64,000 nucleotides of DNA from Octopus sinensis (GCF_006345805.1 NC_043000.1:142910001-142974000), one strand, 5' to 3'. Positions 24,236 to 38,148 are shown, numbered from the stretch's first letter. The notes: a model not told the origin generated them from the letters alone. Numbers and translations are program-made.

Positions 24236-27200
24236 TGGAACATATGTTGTACAGATATATATATATATATACACTCATGCATAGTGTCTTAGCATTCCCA
24301 TATGACTGTGTGTATATACATCAATGTTTGTGCAACTGTGGAGCTAAGATAAGTGAAAGCATTCTGGTGGAGTGTGCCAGTATTTCAAAAAGACAACATT
24401 TTCACATGTATTGTATCATGCAAATTCTGCTTGAGTATTACATTTAGTATACATGTGTCTGTGGAATGCTCAGTTACTTACATGATATTACATTATATCA
24501 GGAGCAGCTTTTTAGTTTAATTAAACAATTGAGTCTTCATTATCTAAACATGGATCTCCAATGTCACTTACCACCATCACACTTAATACCTCAGCCAACA
24601 TAGAAAAGTGTACTATTAGACACATGATCCCAGAAAATAACACTGGATAGAAAATGGAATGCTTTTTGTAAATAAGTCTGCTTCATCACAGCTGACTTGG
24701 GGCTAAAGAGACAACAACAAAATTTCATGCCACAACACAGAAAACATGCTAGGAATTATATACAACACTTCACAACATATTACCTGCAGACAGAAGGCAT
24801 TGTCAAACAAACAAACCATTAAATAACTTCCTTGAAGCTTTTCAAATGTTCTAAGCTGCAGTAAGTTTTGTACCTGCAGAGTATTGTTAAGAACTAAGGC
24901 TGTATTCATGAGAAAATCCATTAAAGTGAATATATTTACATAGAAGGGAAACCACTAAGTAAGCAAGACAGCTATATCAGAGGTTTGAGGTTCAAATCCA
25001 CTGACGATTTTATATAGTTGAGGAATACGCATTTTTTGCTTTCTTTGTGTAAGTATCAGAAAAAAGAAACAAAATTTCTGGTACACTTTGCTGTGATTTA
25101 AACATTTCTATGTATTTTAATAGAATGGTTAAAATTTTAAGGTATTTCTGTTAAGATTCCATAAAAAGGTAATTGCTTTCTATGTTGTTCTATGACAAGA
25201 TATATTGCTCTAGAATTGAGGCTATGTGGAATTAGGAACCAGCCTGTTTTGTTTCATTGAATGAATAGTTAACCTTTAGCAAAATCAACCATTTAGAAAA
25301 AGAAAAGATCTTTTGGTATTCCTGATGTTGCAGCTTGCCTGGAAATTGGAAACAATACTATTTGACAGTAGAATAGCTACCATTAACCAAATCATTCAAC
25401 TGTAAAACACAAGCTGATAACGGAAGAAAAACAACGAAAGAAAATGAAAGGCAGACACTTGAATTTATAGATTTGTCAAATCCATTCCATGCAAGCATTG
25501 AAGTAAAGGATATAAAAGTTGTCTAAAAAAATATAAAATAATCTCTTCTTTTCTTTTTATTTTTAACAACTTAAACAAATTTTGCTTTCACATATTCAAA
25601 TATTTGATTTGCACAAATTTGAACTCAAAAGCTTGGAATTAAATGCAATTCTCAAAAGCAAGTTGTATTTCTAGTTTTTATCACACTTAAAGTTACAGCT
25701 ATGTTAGAAAAACATTAATCAAGGGAATTTAGGCTTGTAGTAATTCATATAAAAATTCTCACTGTAATGCATTCGTTGATGCATGTTCAGGCATGCATGC
25801 ACATATGTGCATGTGTTTTGTGCACTTGCTTCTTTATTTTATTAACCAGTATTTATGTATGTGATTGCATGTCTCTTTGTGTCCATGTGTTTGCGTAAGT
25901 TCTTAAGAAGTGTACGGTTATAAAAGTTTAAGGGTGTATTTGACTGTGAAAAGGGGCTCCGATGTGATTTTTGTGAGTGTGCAATTTCATAATTGTATCT
26001 CAATAAACTTGCTTGTGTGAATTTATATTTGTGGGGAAAGAAAACGATATCTGTGTATCTTTATGTTAATGTTTGCATGTTTATCTCAGTGATTTTATAT
26101 GATCTGATACATGACCAATTGCGAAAGTGTAACTATGCATCTAGACTTGGTGTGAATATCTATGTATATGCATGATCGAGCATAGGTATGTCTGTGCATT
26201 TCAAAAGTGTCTGCAAGGTATGTGAGAGTTAATGTCATTATTGTAATGTGCATGCACATTTGTGTAAATTTTTATGTGCAAGAGCATGTGTTGGAAAAGA
26301 GGGGACTGAATACGATTGCTTTTAAGAAAGCGAGGGAGTGAGGAGAAGAGAATTAATAGCCATGTTTGCGAGAGAGCAAATGTGCATATGTGTGGGAGAC
26401 GGAGAAAGATTGAATATGCAGGTATGTGAGATGGAAACTTCTAGCTTGCAAGACTACAAATATCTATGGCTGCATCTGTATACATGCGTATATCAGGGAG
26501 TAAAATATATGAGAGTGCACATTTATTTCCTACTTCAAATATGTTGGTTAGTGTGCATGCGAGCATTCAAGCATGCATCAACTATTGTATATTAATGTCC
26601 ATATGCCTCTGTTCCTATTTGCATGTGCATAGTGCACGAGTCTATGTAAGAGTGTACATGTATGCATGTATGCATATTTGTTGTGTATCGACATATTTGC
26701 ATATACCTGAAGACTATATATAGCACAAGAATATCGCTTTCTTCATTACTCTGTGGCCTATTTGATTTGATCCTATAGAATCACAAGAGACTGAAAAGAA
26801 TATCATATTTTGCCAGTACAAACAGGCCTATACACTTTGTATCAATCAAACAAATGCCTTTATGTCTGAGCAATAAAAGAAAAACTCAGCAGAATGGACA
26901 TTCACGTGGAAGCTTTGGTTGAAGGATCCAATAATGCGAATGCATTCTTCATTGTATTCCATATATGTTAGCGAGCATTTTGTATCTCAGTCTTCACAAG
27001 TGGTTCTATGAATATATAAATCATTATACATCCCTATCCTATGTATATATATGCAAATGTACTTGAGAGCGTGTGTGTGTGTGTGTGTATGCCTATATAC
27101 ATATGTGTATCATAATCATCATATTCTGTTTGCATTTCATGCTAGCATGAGTTGTATTAGTCATTGCTATTCTACTAGATAGGTCGAGGAGAGGGTCATC

Positions 27201-27559
27201 TCTCTCGTGAGATTAATTTATGGCTTGACTTCTATGGTTGGATGACTTTTCTAAAATCAATCAATTTACTGAGTGTAGTGGGTACCTTTTTCCACAGCTC
27301 TAAATAGGATAGATTTGAGTGAGGGATGGATACCAAGAAATGGTTAAATAGTGAAATTGAATGACAGCAGTCAATACTGAAGAGTATGTAGATGTATGTG
27401 CATCTGTGTATGCATATGTATTTGCACAAACTCAGATATATAGAGTGGCCCAATAGTCACTGAGGGGTTACAGTCTTTGATAATTCTTTTATTCTTTTAT
27501 TTTTTTCTTTCTTTTCGGAGAATTTATGAACTAGGTCCTGAAAATTAATTATAGGAAAT

Positions 27560-27800
27560 ATGTCATCACACAGAGCACCCAAGTGGTGAAATTGTTCTAT
27601 CGAAATCAGGGGTCAATTATTCAAACCCAGGGAGCACAAAAGAGAATTGCACTTCATAAAGTGTACAGTATGGTGTGCAATTATGGTAGATGAGATAATT
27701 GGGCCTTATTTCTTTGAGGATGTTGATGGGAATGCTGTCCCTGTGACTGGTGAGCAATAAAGATACATGATCAAGAATTTTTGCACCTGGTCTATCAAAA
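27560..27800 (+). mobile_element. Internally deleted Tc1-like transposase fragment
   Basis: VVKLFYRNQGSIIQTQ joined to KCTVWCAIMVDEIIGPYFFEDVDGNAVPVTGEQ*RYMI. Confidence 0.7.
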
Positions 27801-27889
27801 TACGTTCAATATGTGGTTCTATGTGTGTGTATGTGTGCATGCGTGTGTTTGCGTGCGTGTGTGTATAAAGGTCCTTCTCTTGACGATTT

Positions 27890-28085
27890 GCAGATGCTGA
27901 TGTCACATGAAAAAAAAACCCTTATGCTCATGCCATGTAAAAGTGCCCATGCTAGTGCTACTTAAAAACACTCATTCCAGTGCTATGTAAAAGCACTCTG
28001 TGAAGTGGTTGGCACTAGGAAGGGCATCCAGCCATAGAAACCATGCCAACATTGAAAGCAGATGCTGAGTAAAGACGATGATGAT
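27890..28085 (+). mobile_element. RTE LINE 3' end
   Basis: gtggttggcactaggaagggcatccagccatagaaa…gacgatgatgat. Confidence 0.65.
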
Positions 28086-28093
28086 TGTTATAC

Positions 28094-28150
<57 letters not shown>

Positions 28151-28565
28151 CATATACATACATATCTATAAGTATAAATATATATAATATATTATACATA
28201 TATAGTGGCTGCTTTCTCAAATATGAGCAAAGCCATTGCTAGAAATAATCATTGAAATGAGTCATTGATAATGCAATGTAAGGCTCTTATATGACTCTTG
28301 AGACATGTCTTTTTAATGTTCCAACTCAATGGCACACCTTTCCACAGGCTGTACATGTTCTGTTGTAAATAATAGCCAATTCCCAATTTACAAGGGGTTG
28401 ATTCTTGTGATTTCTCTGATGGCTGACCTGATGTCCATGAAATATATAATATAATACAATATGTATATATATATATATTTAACATGTCCTTGTTACCAAA
28501 GACTGTATATATGTATTGTAGCATTTTGTGACAACCAATAATTAACACAACCAAACTTTTACATG

Positions 28566-28610
28566 TTACTTTTGACAAGCTTTTTCTAAAGAGTGAAACC
28601 GGTAAAGTAA
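28566..28610 (+). ncRNA. Minimal type I hammerhead-like motif with U3/A8 core
   Basis: TTACTT-TTGACAA-gctttt-tcta-aagagt-GAA-ACCGGT-A-AAGTAA: perfect 6-bp stem I, 6-bp stem II with two G-U pairs, palindromic ACCGGU stem III, GUA triplet. Confidence 0.65.
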
Positions 28611-28693
28611 ATAAACATCTTTAAAAATTGCATTTTCAAACCTTCTTTCGTATATAATTCCACTCATGCGGTACCTTACAACTCCATTTATAT

Positions 28694-28775
<82 letters not shown>

Positions 28776-29182
28776 TATATAATTAAAAATAGGATAAAAT
28801 CTTTATAAGAATTTATCAAGTAGTTAGTGTGAAAAACCTCATAAAGGAAAAATCCATCAATTATTCCTCTTAAATATATTTACTCATATTAAGGGCATTA
28901 CTATATTTAAATGCCTCATGCTAGGAGGGACTCTTAAAGTCAAAACTACCATAATAAATAAACACATTGTACTGAACTCGAGGGAATGCAACTCTCAAAG
29001 CAAGCATTTTAAAAACTGAATTCAGCTGCATATCATATGATTTTATAATTTGTGCACAAAATGCACTTTTTAATCGTCAGTGCAAGCATAATTCAAGATA
29101 CATAAAAATGAACAAAAATCAACATACCAGACGAACAGCAAATGTACTCAGCATAGTACATAGAATTGGTTACCCTTATATA

Positions 29183-29527
29183 TCTATGTAAAAGGCGGGC
29201 TTTTCGAATTGCATCTCAGTATATGTGTTTATTCAGAATAAAATTCAGCATTGAATATATTCCGGTTAAATTTACAATTTAAAAATAGGATAAAATCTTT
29301 ATAAGAATTTATAAAGTAGTTATGCTCGCTTCATGAGTTGCATTCCCTTGAGTTTGGTACAATGCGTTTATTTATTATGGTAGTTTTGATTTTAAGAGTT
29401 ACTTATTGGAATTGCTATTATCTCATATCCAAATTGTATTGTTGCTATTGGATTAGCGAAATAATTATGAGAATGTGACCAGGTGATAAGCCCCACTTTT
29501 CTGGGAATTGCCAGGTACATCAGCTAG
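29183..29527 (+). mobile_element. Possible second short Helitron (3' end clear, 5' end tentative)
   Basis: ctgg-gaattg-ccag then gtacatcagCTAG|T at 29501-29528, closely like the 19453 terminus; candidate A|TC at 29182/29183. Confidence 0.45.
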
Positions 29528-29884
29528 TACTTCTATAAATGAGTAGAACAAGATATAGATTCAGAGACTTACAGACTCAGCTATCTGTCCACATAATAAT
29601 CCAACAGAGAGAAGTGCAATGCAGAGTATCTATCCCACTAAAACCAGAAAATTCAGTCAATGGAATTATTTTATGAGGAATGTACAAAACCATAAAATTC
29701 AGGAAGTATGAGAGGTGAATAGATATTTTCATCTAACCAAGGATTATGAAATGAGAATCATGGCCATTTTGCAGCCTCTTTTCCTATATTATTAATTTCT
29801 GTGATGAAGTAACTATGTTTACATATTTGCATTGATATGCATGCTTGGCATTATACAATACAATCGTTCATTATCGGCATTTGA

Positions 29885-30236
29885 TGCTTTGGGAACCAGA
29901 CAAAAATTGCTGCAGCTTGGCTGGGATGTGTTATCCCACCCTCCATATTCCCCAGATATTGCTCCTTTGGATTTCCACTTATTCAGGTCTTTGCAGAATA
30001 GACTTAATGGTAAAAATTTCAATTCCTTGGATGATGTAAAAAGATGCCTTGATGAATTCTTTGCCATGAAACCACCTCAATTCTGAGAAGAGGGTATTTT
30101 CAAGTTAAAGGAAAGATGAAGACGCATTGTGCAACAAAATGGTTCATATTTGGTTGATTAAAAATGTAATGGCAAGTATTTATTGACCTTTTTGTTTCCT
30201 TTAAAAATCGGCACAAACTTTCCGAACAACCCGATA
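29885..30236 (+). mobile_element. Mariner 3' fragment with right terminal inverted repeat
   Basis: GTRQKLLQLGWDVLSHPPYSPDIAPLDFHLFRSLQN…NGSYLVD*, then aaaaatcggcacaaactttccgaacaacccga followed by TA. Confidence 0.85.
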
Positions 30237-30519
30237 GTTGATACAATCCTTCTCTCTCCTTCATCTATTCCTCACACTCAGAAATTTCTTATAGCAGCAT
30301 TTCCATGCCTCTTCATTCTCTGCATGGGCGAGTGACTATATCTGAAACATTTACCAATTTTTGCAGCATTTACAGCTTCATGCACATTTATATCTGCATT
30401 ATCATAGCTGCTTCATTTGTAATGAAACAGTTTTCTGTTCTGTTGAAAAATGGGTTTGGTACATATATGCATTACAACATAAATGAAAGGTTACCTACAC
30501 ACATAAGCACGTGCATGCA

Positions 30520-30870
30520 TGTCTAAGTATGTATGCATGTATGTATGTATGTATGTATGTATGCATGTATGTATGTATGTATGTATGTATGTATGTATGT
30601 ATGTATGTATGTATGTCTATGTATATATGTATGTATGTAAGTATGTATGTCTATGTATGTATGTGTGAATGTATGTATGTATGTATGTATGCATGTATGT
30701 ATGTATGTATGTATGTCTATGTATGTATGTATGTATGTATGTATGTATGTATGCATGTATGTAAGTATGTATGTATGTATATGTATGTATGTATATATGT
30801 ATGTATGTATACAGATAGATATGTAGGTATGTATGTATGTATGTATGTATGTATACAGATAGGTATGTAG
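30520..30870 (+). repeat. (TATG)n microsatellite
   Basis: Read directly. Confidence 0.95.
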
Positions 30871-31152
30871 ATATGTAGGTAAGGACATGTGCATGTATGC
30901 ACGTATATGTGTGCATATATGTAAACATTGTACAACATAACATACATAAATATCTTTCTCCTTATTTAACATTCATTATTATAACACATTAACTGAAAAT
31001 TTACTCTTGTTCTCTTTACGATATTATCAAACTATATTCACTGTCAACATCATCATTAAAATCAATCCCCCATCATCTTATATGTGGATGTACCTGTGCA
31101 AATATGAGTGCATGTATATATGTGTGTATGTATATGCATATATATGTGTGTT

Positions 31153-31183
<31 letters not shown>

Positions 31184-31314
31184 ACATACATGCATGATCA
31201 CATATGTGTGTGTTTAGGTATATGAATAGATATGTGTGAGAGTAGGTACATTTGTACAAAATATGTGTAGATATATACATACACACACACATGTATATAT
31301 ATATATATACATAC

Positions 31315-31356
<42 letters not shown>

Positions 31357-31461
31357 TTGTATATATATATACATATATTTATACATATGTATATATATAT
31401 ACATATGTATATATATATATACATATATATGTGTGTATGTATATATATATATATTATATAT

Positions 31462-31505
<44 letters not shown>

Positions 31506-32220
31506 TAATATAAACTTATATATTTATGTATGTATCTATATATGTATGTGTGTCTGTGTGCCATTATACATGTATGTATATACGAGCATGCATGTGTGTA
31601 TTAACACCTGTATATGAAGTATTCCCATACACGAACATGCATTTCAATAGCTATCTGTATTGCTGCCTCTATGTAAATATATTTTAGATAGGTTCCCTTA
31701 ATATGTGTATTTGTAGTTGAAAAACTGAAGATAACACATATTTACATCATATTTCTAAATCTAATCAACCAACTCAATTTTCTAAACATCAATACAAGCA
31801 AGAGATACTTCGGTTAGAGAAATTTTCGTTTTCTTTTATCACCGAGCATTTGTTATATTTCAAGCGTTGACCTTCAACACTGTGGATAATCTATATGGTG
31901 TAAAATCTACACAATTCTGCAGCTGTCTTGTTTTAAGGAAAGTAAAGTGTGAGTGTTGAGACAGGCTCCAAAACCATATTAAAACATCCAAAGAAATATG
32001 TTGATAAAATCTATCAAATTGTAGTTCATTTTAATCAATCTTTGTTATGAAAAATGACCTTCAAGAAACATCATGATTCTTTTAAGATTCTATGCCTCTC
32101 TACATATATATGTGTGTGTATAAATGTGTTTGCATGTGTGTATGTATATATATATACACACACACACATTTATATATACATATACAAATATATGTATGTA
32201 CATATATATAAATACATATA

Positions 32221-32267
<47 letters not shown>

Positions 32268-33020
32268 GCACGTGTGCACATACAAACAGGTATATATATG
32301 TATACATATTCTCATATATGAATACATATATATTCACTTGCATATATAAAAAAAATACATCTGTATGTAAAAAGATATGCACACATGTATAGATATATAT
32401 ATATATATATACATTTAAATAATATGTATGTGCGTGTGTGTGTGTGCGTGTGCGTGTCTGTGTGTGTGTGTGTGTGCATGCTTTTGTACACATGCACATA
32501 AATATACACATACACTCACACAGACATTCACACACATACTTGGATTTGCAAAAGCAGAATTTCTTTGCTAAAACATTTAATCTGTAAAATAAAACTCTAC
32601 AGTTATATTTCACTAATATAGAATCCACTTTGAATTTTTGCTTCCTTGATCTTTGATTTAAGAACTGTCCTAAGTCAAAAGAATTGTTCTTATTTAAGAA
32701 GTAAACATGGACAAATTTGTTTCCCCCGAATCAAAAGCTTCGCATCAATGGTCTCCTACCTGTTGTGCAAAACAGGTGCTACAACTACTGAAGTATTGAC
32801 GATGATCTAACATAGAAAGATACTGTGAACAAGAATAGTGCAACCAAAAAATATTACACCTGATTTAAAAGTATTTGGCAGTCATAGATTTCCTCTTACA
32901 GCAATAAAATATTCCTCAATTCATTTGCAGTATACACACTGGTATCAACATTTGAAATATTCAGCTGGCTTATATAGGAATTCTACTTCATAATCTTTAA
33001 ATATAAGTATATTCATATAT

Positions 33021-33420
33021 ACAGTGTCTGTGTGGTAAGTAGCTTGCTTGCCAACCACATAGTTCTGGGTTCAGTCCCACTGCATAGCACCTTGGGCAAG
33101 TGTCTTCTACTATAGCCTCAGGCCGACCAAAGCCTTGTGAGTGGATTTGATAGGCGGAAACTGAAAGAAGCCCATCATATATATGTATGTGTGTGTATAT
33201 GTTTGTGTGTCTGTGTTTGTCCCTCCACAGCATCGCTTGACAACCGATGCTGATGTGTTTACGTCCCCGTAACTTAGCAGTTCTGCAAAAAAGAACAATA
33301 GAATAAGTACTAGGCTTACAAAGAATAAGTCCTGGGGTCGATTTGCTAGATCGACTAAAGGTGGTGCTCCAGCATGACCGCAGTCAAATGACTGAAACAA
33401 GTAAAAGAGAGAAAAGAATA
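33021..33420 (+). mobile_element. Near full-length SINE family B
   Basis: ctgtgtggtaagtagcttgc, B-box GGTTCAGTCCC, tail gaaacaagtaaaagagagaaaag. Confidence 0.85.
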
Positions 33421-33998
33421 TTCAGTTTCTACTCCAGATTTTGTAATATTGATTTCAAATTTTAGCACAAGGCCAGTGATTTGAGGGGATGGGGCAAGTC
33501 AATTGCATCAACCCCAGTGCTCAACTGGTACTTTTTCTATTGACTCCGGGAGGATGAAAGGCAAAGTTGACCTGGGCAGAATTTGAACTCAGAATGAAAA
33601 GACCGACAAAGTACTGCTAAGCATTTTGCTTGACACAGTAACAATTTTGCCAGCTTGCTGACTTACACGAAATTTTGTAATATTACTAGTAACTAATATA
33701 GTACTACTATTTTTACTACTATTATTAGAACCCATTAGCCATCAGGAAGCACCAATGACCAGCATCATGTGAATTTTGTAAGAAAAATATGCAAACTCCC
33801 AAAACTGAAACCAGGAAATATGTATTTAATTTATTTCAATTTCTTTTCCCTTTTCTGACAGGATGATTAAATTGACTTAAAATAATTGAAACAAGTAGCA
33901 GGTTATGATAAGAATGTAAATATTTTCTTTCATTTATTCATGATAAAGTTCTCAAAATATTTGCTTTTTATTTCTATATATTGTTATCAATCAATACC

Positions 33999-34233
33999 TA
34001 TTTCTTTACTACCCACAAGGGGCTAAACACAGAGAGGATAAACAAGGACAGACAAACGGACTAATTCAATTATATTGACCCCAGTGTGTAACTGGTACTT
34101 ATTTAATTGACCCCTGAAAGGATGAAAGGCAAAGTCGACCTTGGCGGAATTTGAACCGAGAACGTAACGGCAGACGAAATACCACTAAGCATTTCGCCCG
34201 GCGTGCTAACGATTCTGCCAGCTCGCCGCCTTG
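33999..34233 (-). mobile_element. Full-length SINE family C with 12-bp TSD
   Basis: TCAATCAATACC at 33987-33998 and 34234-34245. A related subfamily copy lies at about 33445-33662. Confidence 0.9.
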
Positions 34234-34622
34234 TCAATCAATACCATCTTACATCCATTTTCCATACTGACATGGGTGAGATGGCTTGACAGGAACTAAC
34301 AAGACAGCACTAATCTCTATTGTCTGTTTCTGCATGGTTTCTATAACCGGATGCCCTTCTTAAAGCCTTCTACTTTACAGAGGGTCAGTGTGTGTTCTTT
34401 TTATTTGGCATCAGAAGCAGTGAGGTCACAAAGGTTCCTCAAATGGAGGGAATTATTGTGGAACACAAAAAAGGTGTCTTGCATTAGAAAAGGAACATGG
34501 CTATCTGAGAGAGGGAGAAAAGAGAGAAAGAAGATGGTGAAGATGTGATGGAGAGAGGGCAGGGGCTGTAGCATCAAGTTTCAGAAAGGTGTATTTAGGG
34601 ATATGGACTGGATAATTTCTCT

Positions 34623-34696
<74 letters not shown>

Positions 34697-34719
34697 CTAT
34701 GGAGTTTCCCACTGTTGCC

Positions 34720-35700
34720 CACGTCTGTGCCTCATGCTGAGCCATTGCTTCAGCCAGTATCATGGATTGGAGAATGTCCAGTTCCTTTTTGAGGACATCT
34801 AACTCCACATAGTGGAGATATTCTTAACATTCTTTTGGCAAAGAATCGAAGAGTTATGGGATTTTGAACCCTAAGCTTTTGCAGTCGCTGGTCCTAACTT
34901 TAGATAAGGTGGATGGCACCTCTGGTGCAATGTAATAGGATCCAATTTGGGGATTTGTATATAACTAGGTGCAAAAATTAGGTGATAACCTTTTCCAGAA
35001 TTTTCCACATATATATTATTACATATCTAATGGAGTAAAGCTACAGATTTTTCAAACTCTCCCTGTAGTTCATCTGCTGCACTGTTATAATCTTTTTTAA
35101 TGTAGTGAAGTTGGACCTCTTAAGCTCTGCTGTTAGTTTCAAGCCATTTGGTGACCACAGCTGAGAGCAGTAGTCCAGCCAGTTGAGAACAATGTTCCTC
35201 CACAGAGTGAACATGTCTTCTTGGTCTCTTCTGTCTTGAAGGGCTTGAATATCTATCCTACAAGTTGTCTGCCCTTTGTTGCTAACCTGGTAATGTGCAT
35301 ATGAAATGATGCATCAGTGCACATAATGATCCTCAGGAGTCTCACCGTCTGTGATCCTGGCATTGCAGAGCCTTTGGATCCAGTAAAAGCAGGCTTTAGT
35401 GCATTTGTGAGCAGATAGCATTGTGACTTAAATTTTCCAACTTTAACTTTCATGTTGCTTTCTTCAGCCCACTTGTATATTGCATGTAGGTCCAACTGTA
35501 ATCTTACAACAACTTCTTAGTTCTTTATTCCCTATGATATGTTTTCGTTTAGCTTTTCAGGAAGTTTACCACTAGCAAGGAAACACTGGAAAAGTATCTG
35601 AAGTGGTTTCACTAAAGTCTGTTTATATGACATCAGAAGAACAGCTGGGAAGCTATTGGGTCCAGTTACTGAGCTTAAGCTCATTTTCTCTATGGCCATG
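34720..35700 (-). mobile_element. Internally deleted CR1-like LINE RT and C-terminal remnant
   Basis: AIEKMSLSSVTGPNSFPAVLL…SGKLPEKL fused to LQLDLHAIYKWAEESNMK…LDYCSQLWSP…; the RT core is missing. Confidence 0.75.
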
Positions 35701-35739
35701 GTTACATCTGTTACATTATCATTGTTGTTGTTGTTGTTG

Positions 35740-36800
35740 CTGTTACACTAGTGCATGCTAATTTAGTTAGATATTTTATCTTAAGGTTTGGTGACAACTA
35801 GATTCCTCAAACTGCAAAGATCTTTCTTAGATTCTTACTTAATATAGGATGGTATTTCTTTGCAGGTCAACAATGTGAGTTTCAATTCCAGTCTCTTACA
35901 CTTATTTTGGGTGTTGTGCCAAGGGCACCAATTACAACAGGAATAATTGTTGACTTGGTCTTCCACAGCCTCCTCAGTTCTCTGGCTAGATCCTGATATT
36001 TCTCAATTGTTACAATTTCTTTAGTATTGAATTTGTTATCATAGGGAATTGTAAAATCTCTGGTCTTACACTATTTGTTTACATTGTCCTCTATGATCTC
36101 ATCCATTCTTCTGGTTTCAATAATAAGGCCAGTCTTTATGGAGAAATCCCAAAAGATCTTTGAATTCTCATTTTGTATCACAGCTTCTAGTTTATATTCA
36201 TATCACTCTTTTGTTGTTTTGAAGCCATAAACTTGGCTAACATCTCAATGCACTCTTTTGCTTATGCAGTCATATCTGTGCTTATAGTCCTTTTGTGCTA
36301 GTATACTGTATTCATTACAAATGTGACTGATACTTTCATCTCCTTTCTTACAGATTTTACATTTGCTGCCTGACTGAGTTTTGTGGATCTTTACTTTTAT
36401 TAGTTTTGTTCTAAAGACTTGTTCCTGAGCAGCTATAATTAACATTTATGTCTTTCATTTGTAGTACCCATCCATCAACCAGAACCAGTAATCTTTACTT
36501 CCAACATTCTCAGTTTGTTGCAGGAATTGACCCAGCATTTCCATTTCTTTCCATCTGTATTTTTTTTTCTTTTTGCCTCTTTGAATTCTCTTACTGTTTT
36601 GGTCATTTTTTTAGTTATCTTTGGCAGCTGATAGTATTCCATCTTTACTCTGCTCAACATAATTCTTCCAACCCAGTATCACAGTATGAGAAGTGTCTTC
36701 TGCATTTAGTAATCCTCTGCCACCTTCCATTTTTTTTTTTTTTTTTGTAGCTTGAGTCATTCAGTATTGCTTTTAGTGTGGAGTGTGTTGTACATCATGT
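35740..36800 (-). mobile_element. R4/Dong-like non-LTR retrotransposon C-terminal remnant (zinc knuckle plus restriction-like endonuclease region)
   Basis: MLGQFLQQTE…LIIAAQEQVFRTK…CKICKKGDESISHI…IFWDFSIKT…EKYQDLARELRRLWK…PVVIGALG. Confidence 0.8.
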
Positions 36801-36974
36801 GCAGCTTTCTAGTTCTTCTATTGAAGTTCTGCAGCTTGACCTTTATCCGTTTCAGAAAGGGAGCAGAGTGTCTCAATACAGGCATGTATTTATGGCTTTA
36901 ATGAAGTTGTGACCATTTACTTTTCTATAGTTACCATTGTTATATTGTTTCTATAGTTATTATTGTTATATGAA

Positions 36975-37207
36975 GGCGGCGAGCTGGCAGACACGTTAGC
37001 GCGCCGGGTGAAATGCTTAGCGGTATTTCGTCTGTCGTTACGTTCTGAGTTCAAATTTCGCCAAGGTCACCTTTGCCTTTCATCCTTTCGGGGTCGATAA
37101 ATAAAGTACCAGTTTCGCACTGGGGGCGATATAATCGACTCAATCCCTTTGTCTGTCCTTGTTTGTCCCCTCTATGTTTAGCCCCTTGTCGGCAGTAAAG
37201 AAATATA
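36975..37207 (+). mobile_element. Full-length SINE family C with 14-bp TSD
   Basis: TATTGTTATATGAA at 36961-36974 and 37208-37221; head ggcggcgagctggcagac, B-box GAGTTCAAATTTC. Confidence 0.9.
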
Positions 37208-37401
37208 TTATTGTTATATGAAAACTTACTGCTTATTTTGCTGGGCATAATGGAAAGTGTCAGCTGTCCACAGCAAAAAGATTAAGGCGATATTTATTCA
37301 CTGGTCATGCTTCAAGAACCCTGTAAAGAATTTCCAAACAATGCTGATTTTTGGAGGTGTTCTACCTTCACACTTACACTTATCTTTTTTCAGCCATGTT
37401 G

Positions 37402-37413
37402 GTACTCTTTTTA

Positions 37414-37460
<47 letters not shown>

Positions 37461-37857
37461 CTTTTTACTTGTTTCAGTCATTTGACTGCGGCCATGCTGG
37501 AGCACCGCCTTTAGTCGAGCAACTCGACCCCGGGACTTATTCTTTGTAAGCCCAGTACTTATTCTATCGGTCTCTTTTGCGGAACCGCTAAGTGACGGGG
37601 ACGTAAACACACCAGCATCGGTTGTCAAGCAATGCTAGGGGAACAAACACAGACACACAAACATATTCACACACACTTATATATATATATATACACGACA
37701 GGCTTCTTTCAGTTTCCGTCTACCAAATCCACTCACAAGGCATTGGTCGGCCCGGGGCTATAGCAGAAGACACTTGCCCAAGATGCCACGCAGTGGGACT
37801 GAACCCGGAACCATGTGGTTGGTTAGCAAGCTACTTACCAAACAGCCACTCCTGCGC
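37402..37857 (-). mobile_element. Full-length SINE family B with a 44-nt poly(A) inside its tail
   Basis: T44 at 37417-37460 on the + strand; head gcgcaggagtggctgtttgg on the minus strand. Confidence 0.9.
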
Positions 37858-38116
37858 CTATGATTGAATGATTATTATTATTATTATCATCATCATTATT
37901 AAGGCAGTGGGCTGGCAGAATCGTTAGCACACCAGGTGAAATGCTTTGCAGTATTTTATCTGCAGCTATGTTCTGAATTCCGCCACGTTTGACTTTGCTT
38001 GTCATCCTTTCAGGGTCGATTAAATAAGTACCAGTTACACACAGGGGTCAATGTAATTGACTTAACCCCCTTCCCCAAGCTGCCCTTGTGGCAAAAATTT
38101 GAAATTAATAATATTA

Positions 38117-38148
<32 letters not shown>

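Noticed and set aside
24784-24873. Minus-strand exon candidate VQNLLQLRTFEKLQGSYLMVCLFDNAFCLQ (also 50878-50917)
   Set aside because: Canonical AG/GT sites and an open frame, but no recognisable protein and no consistent exon chain; unresolved without RNA data.
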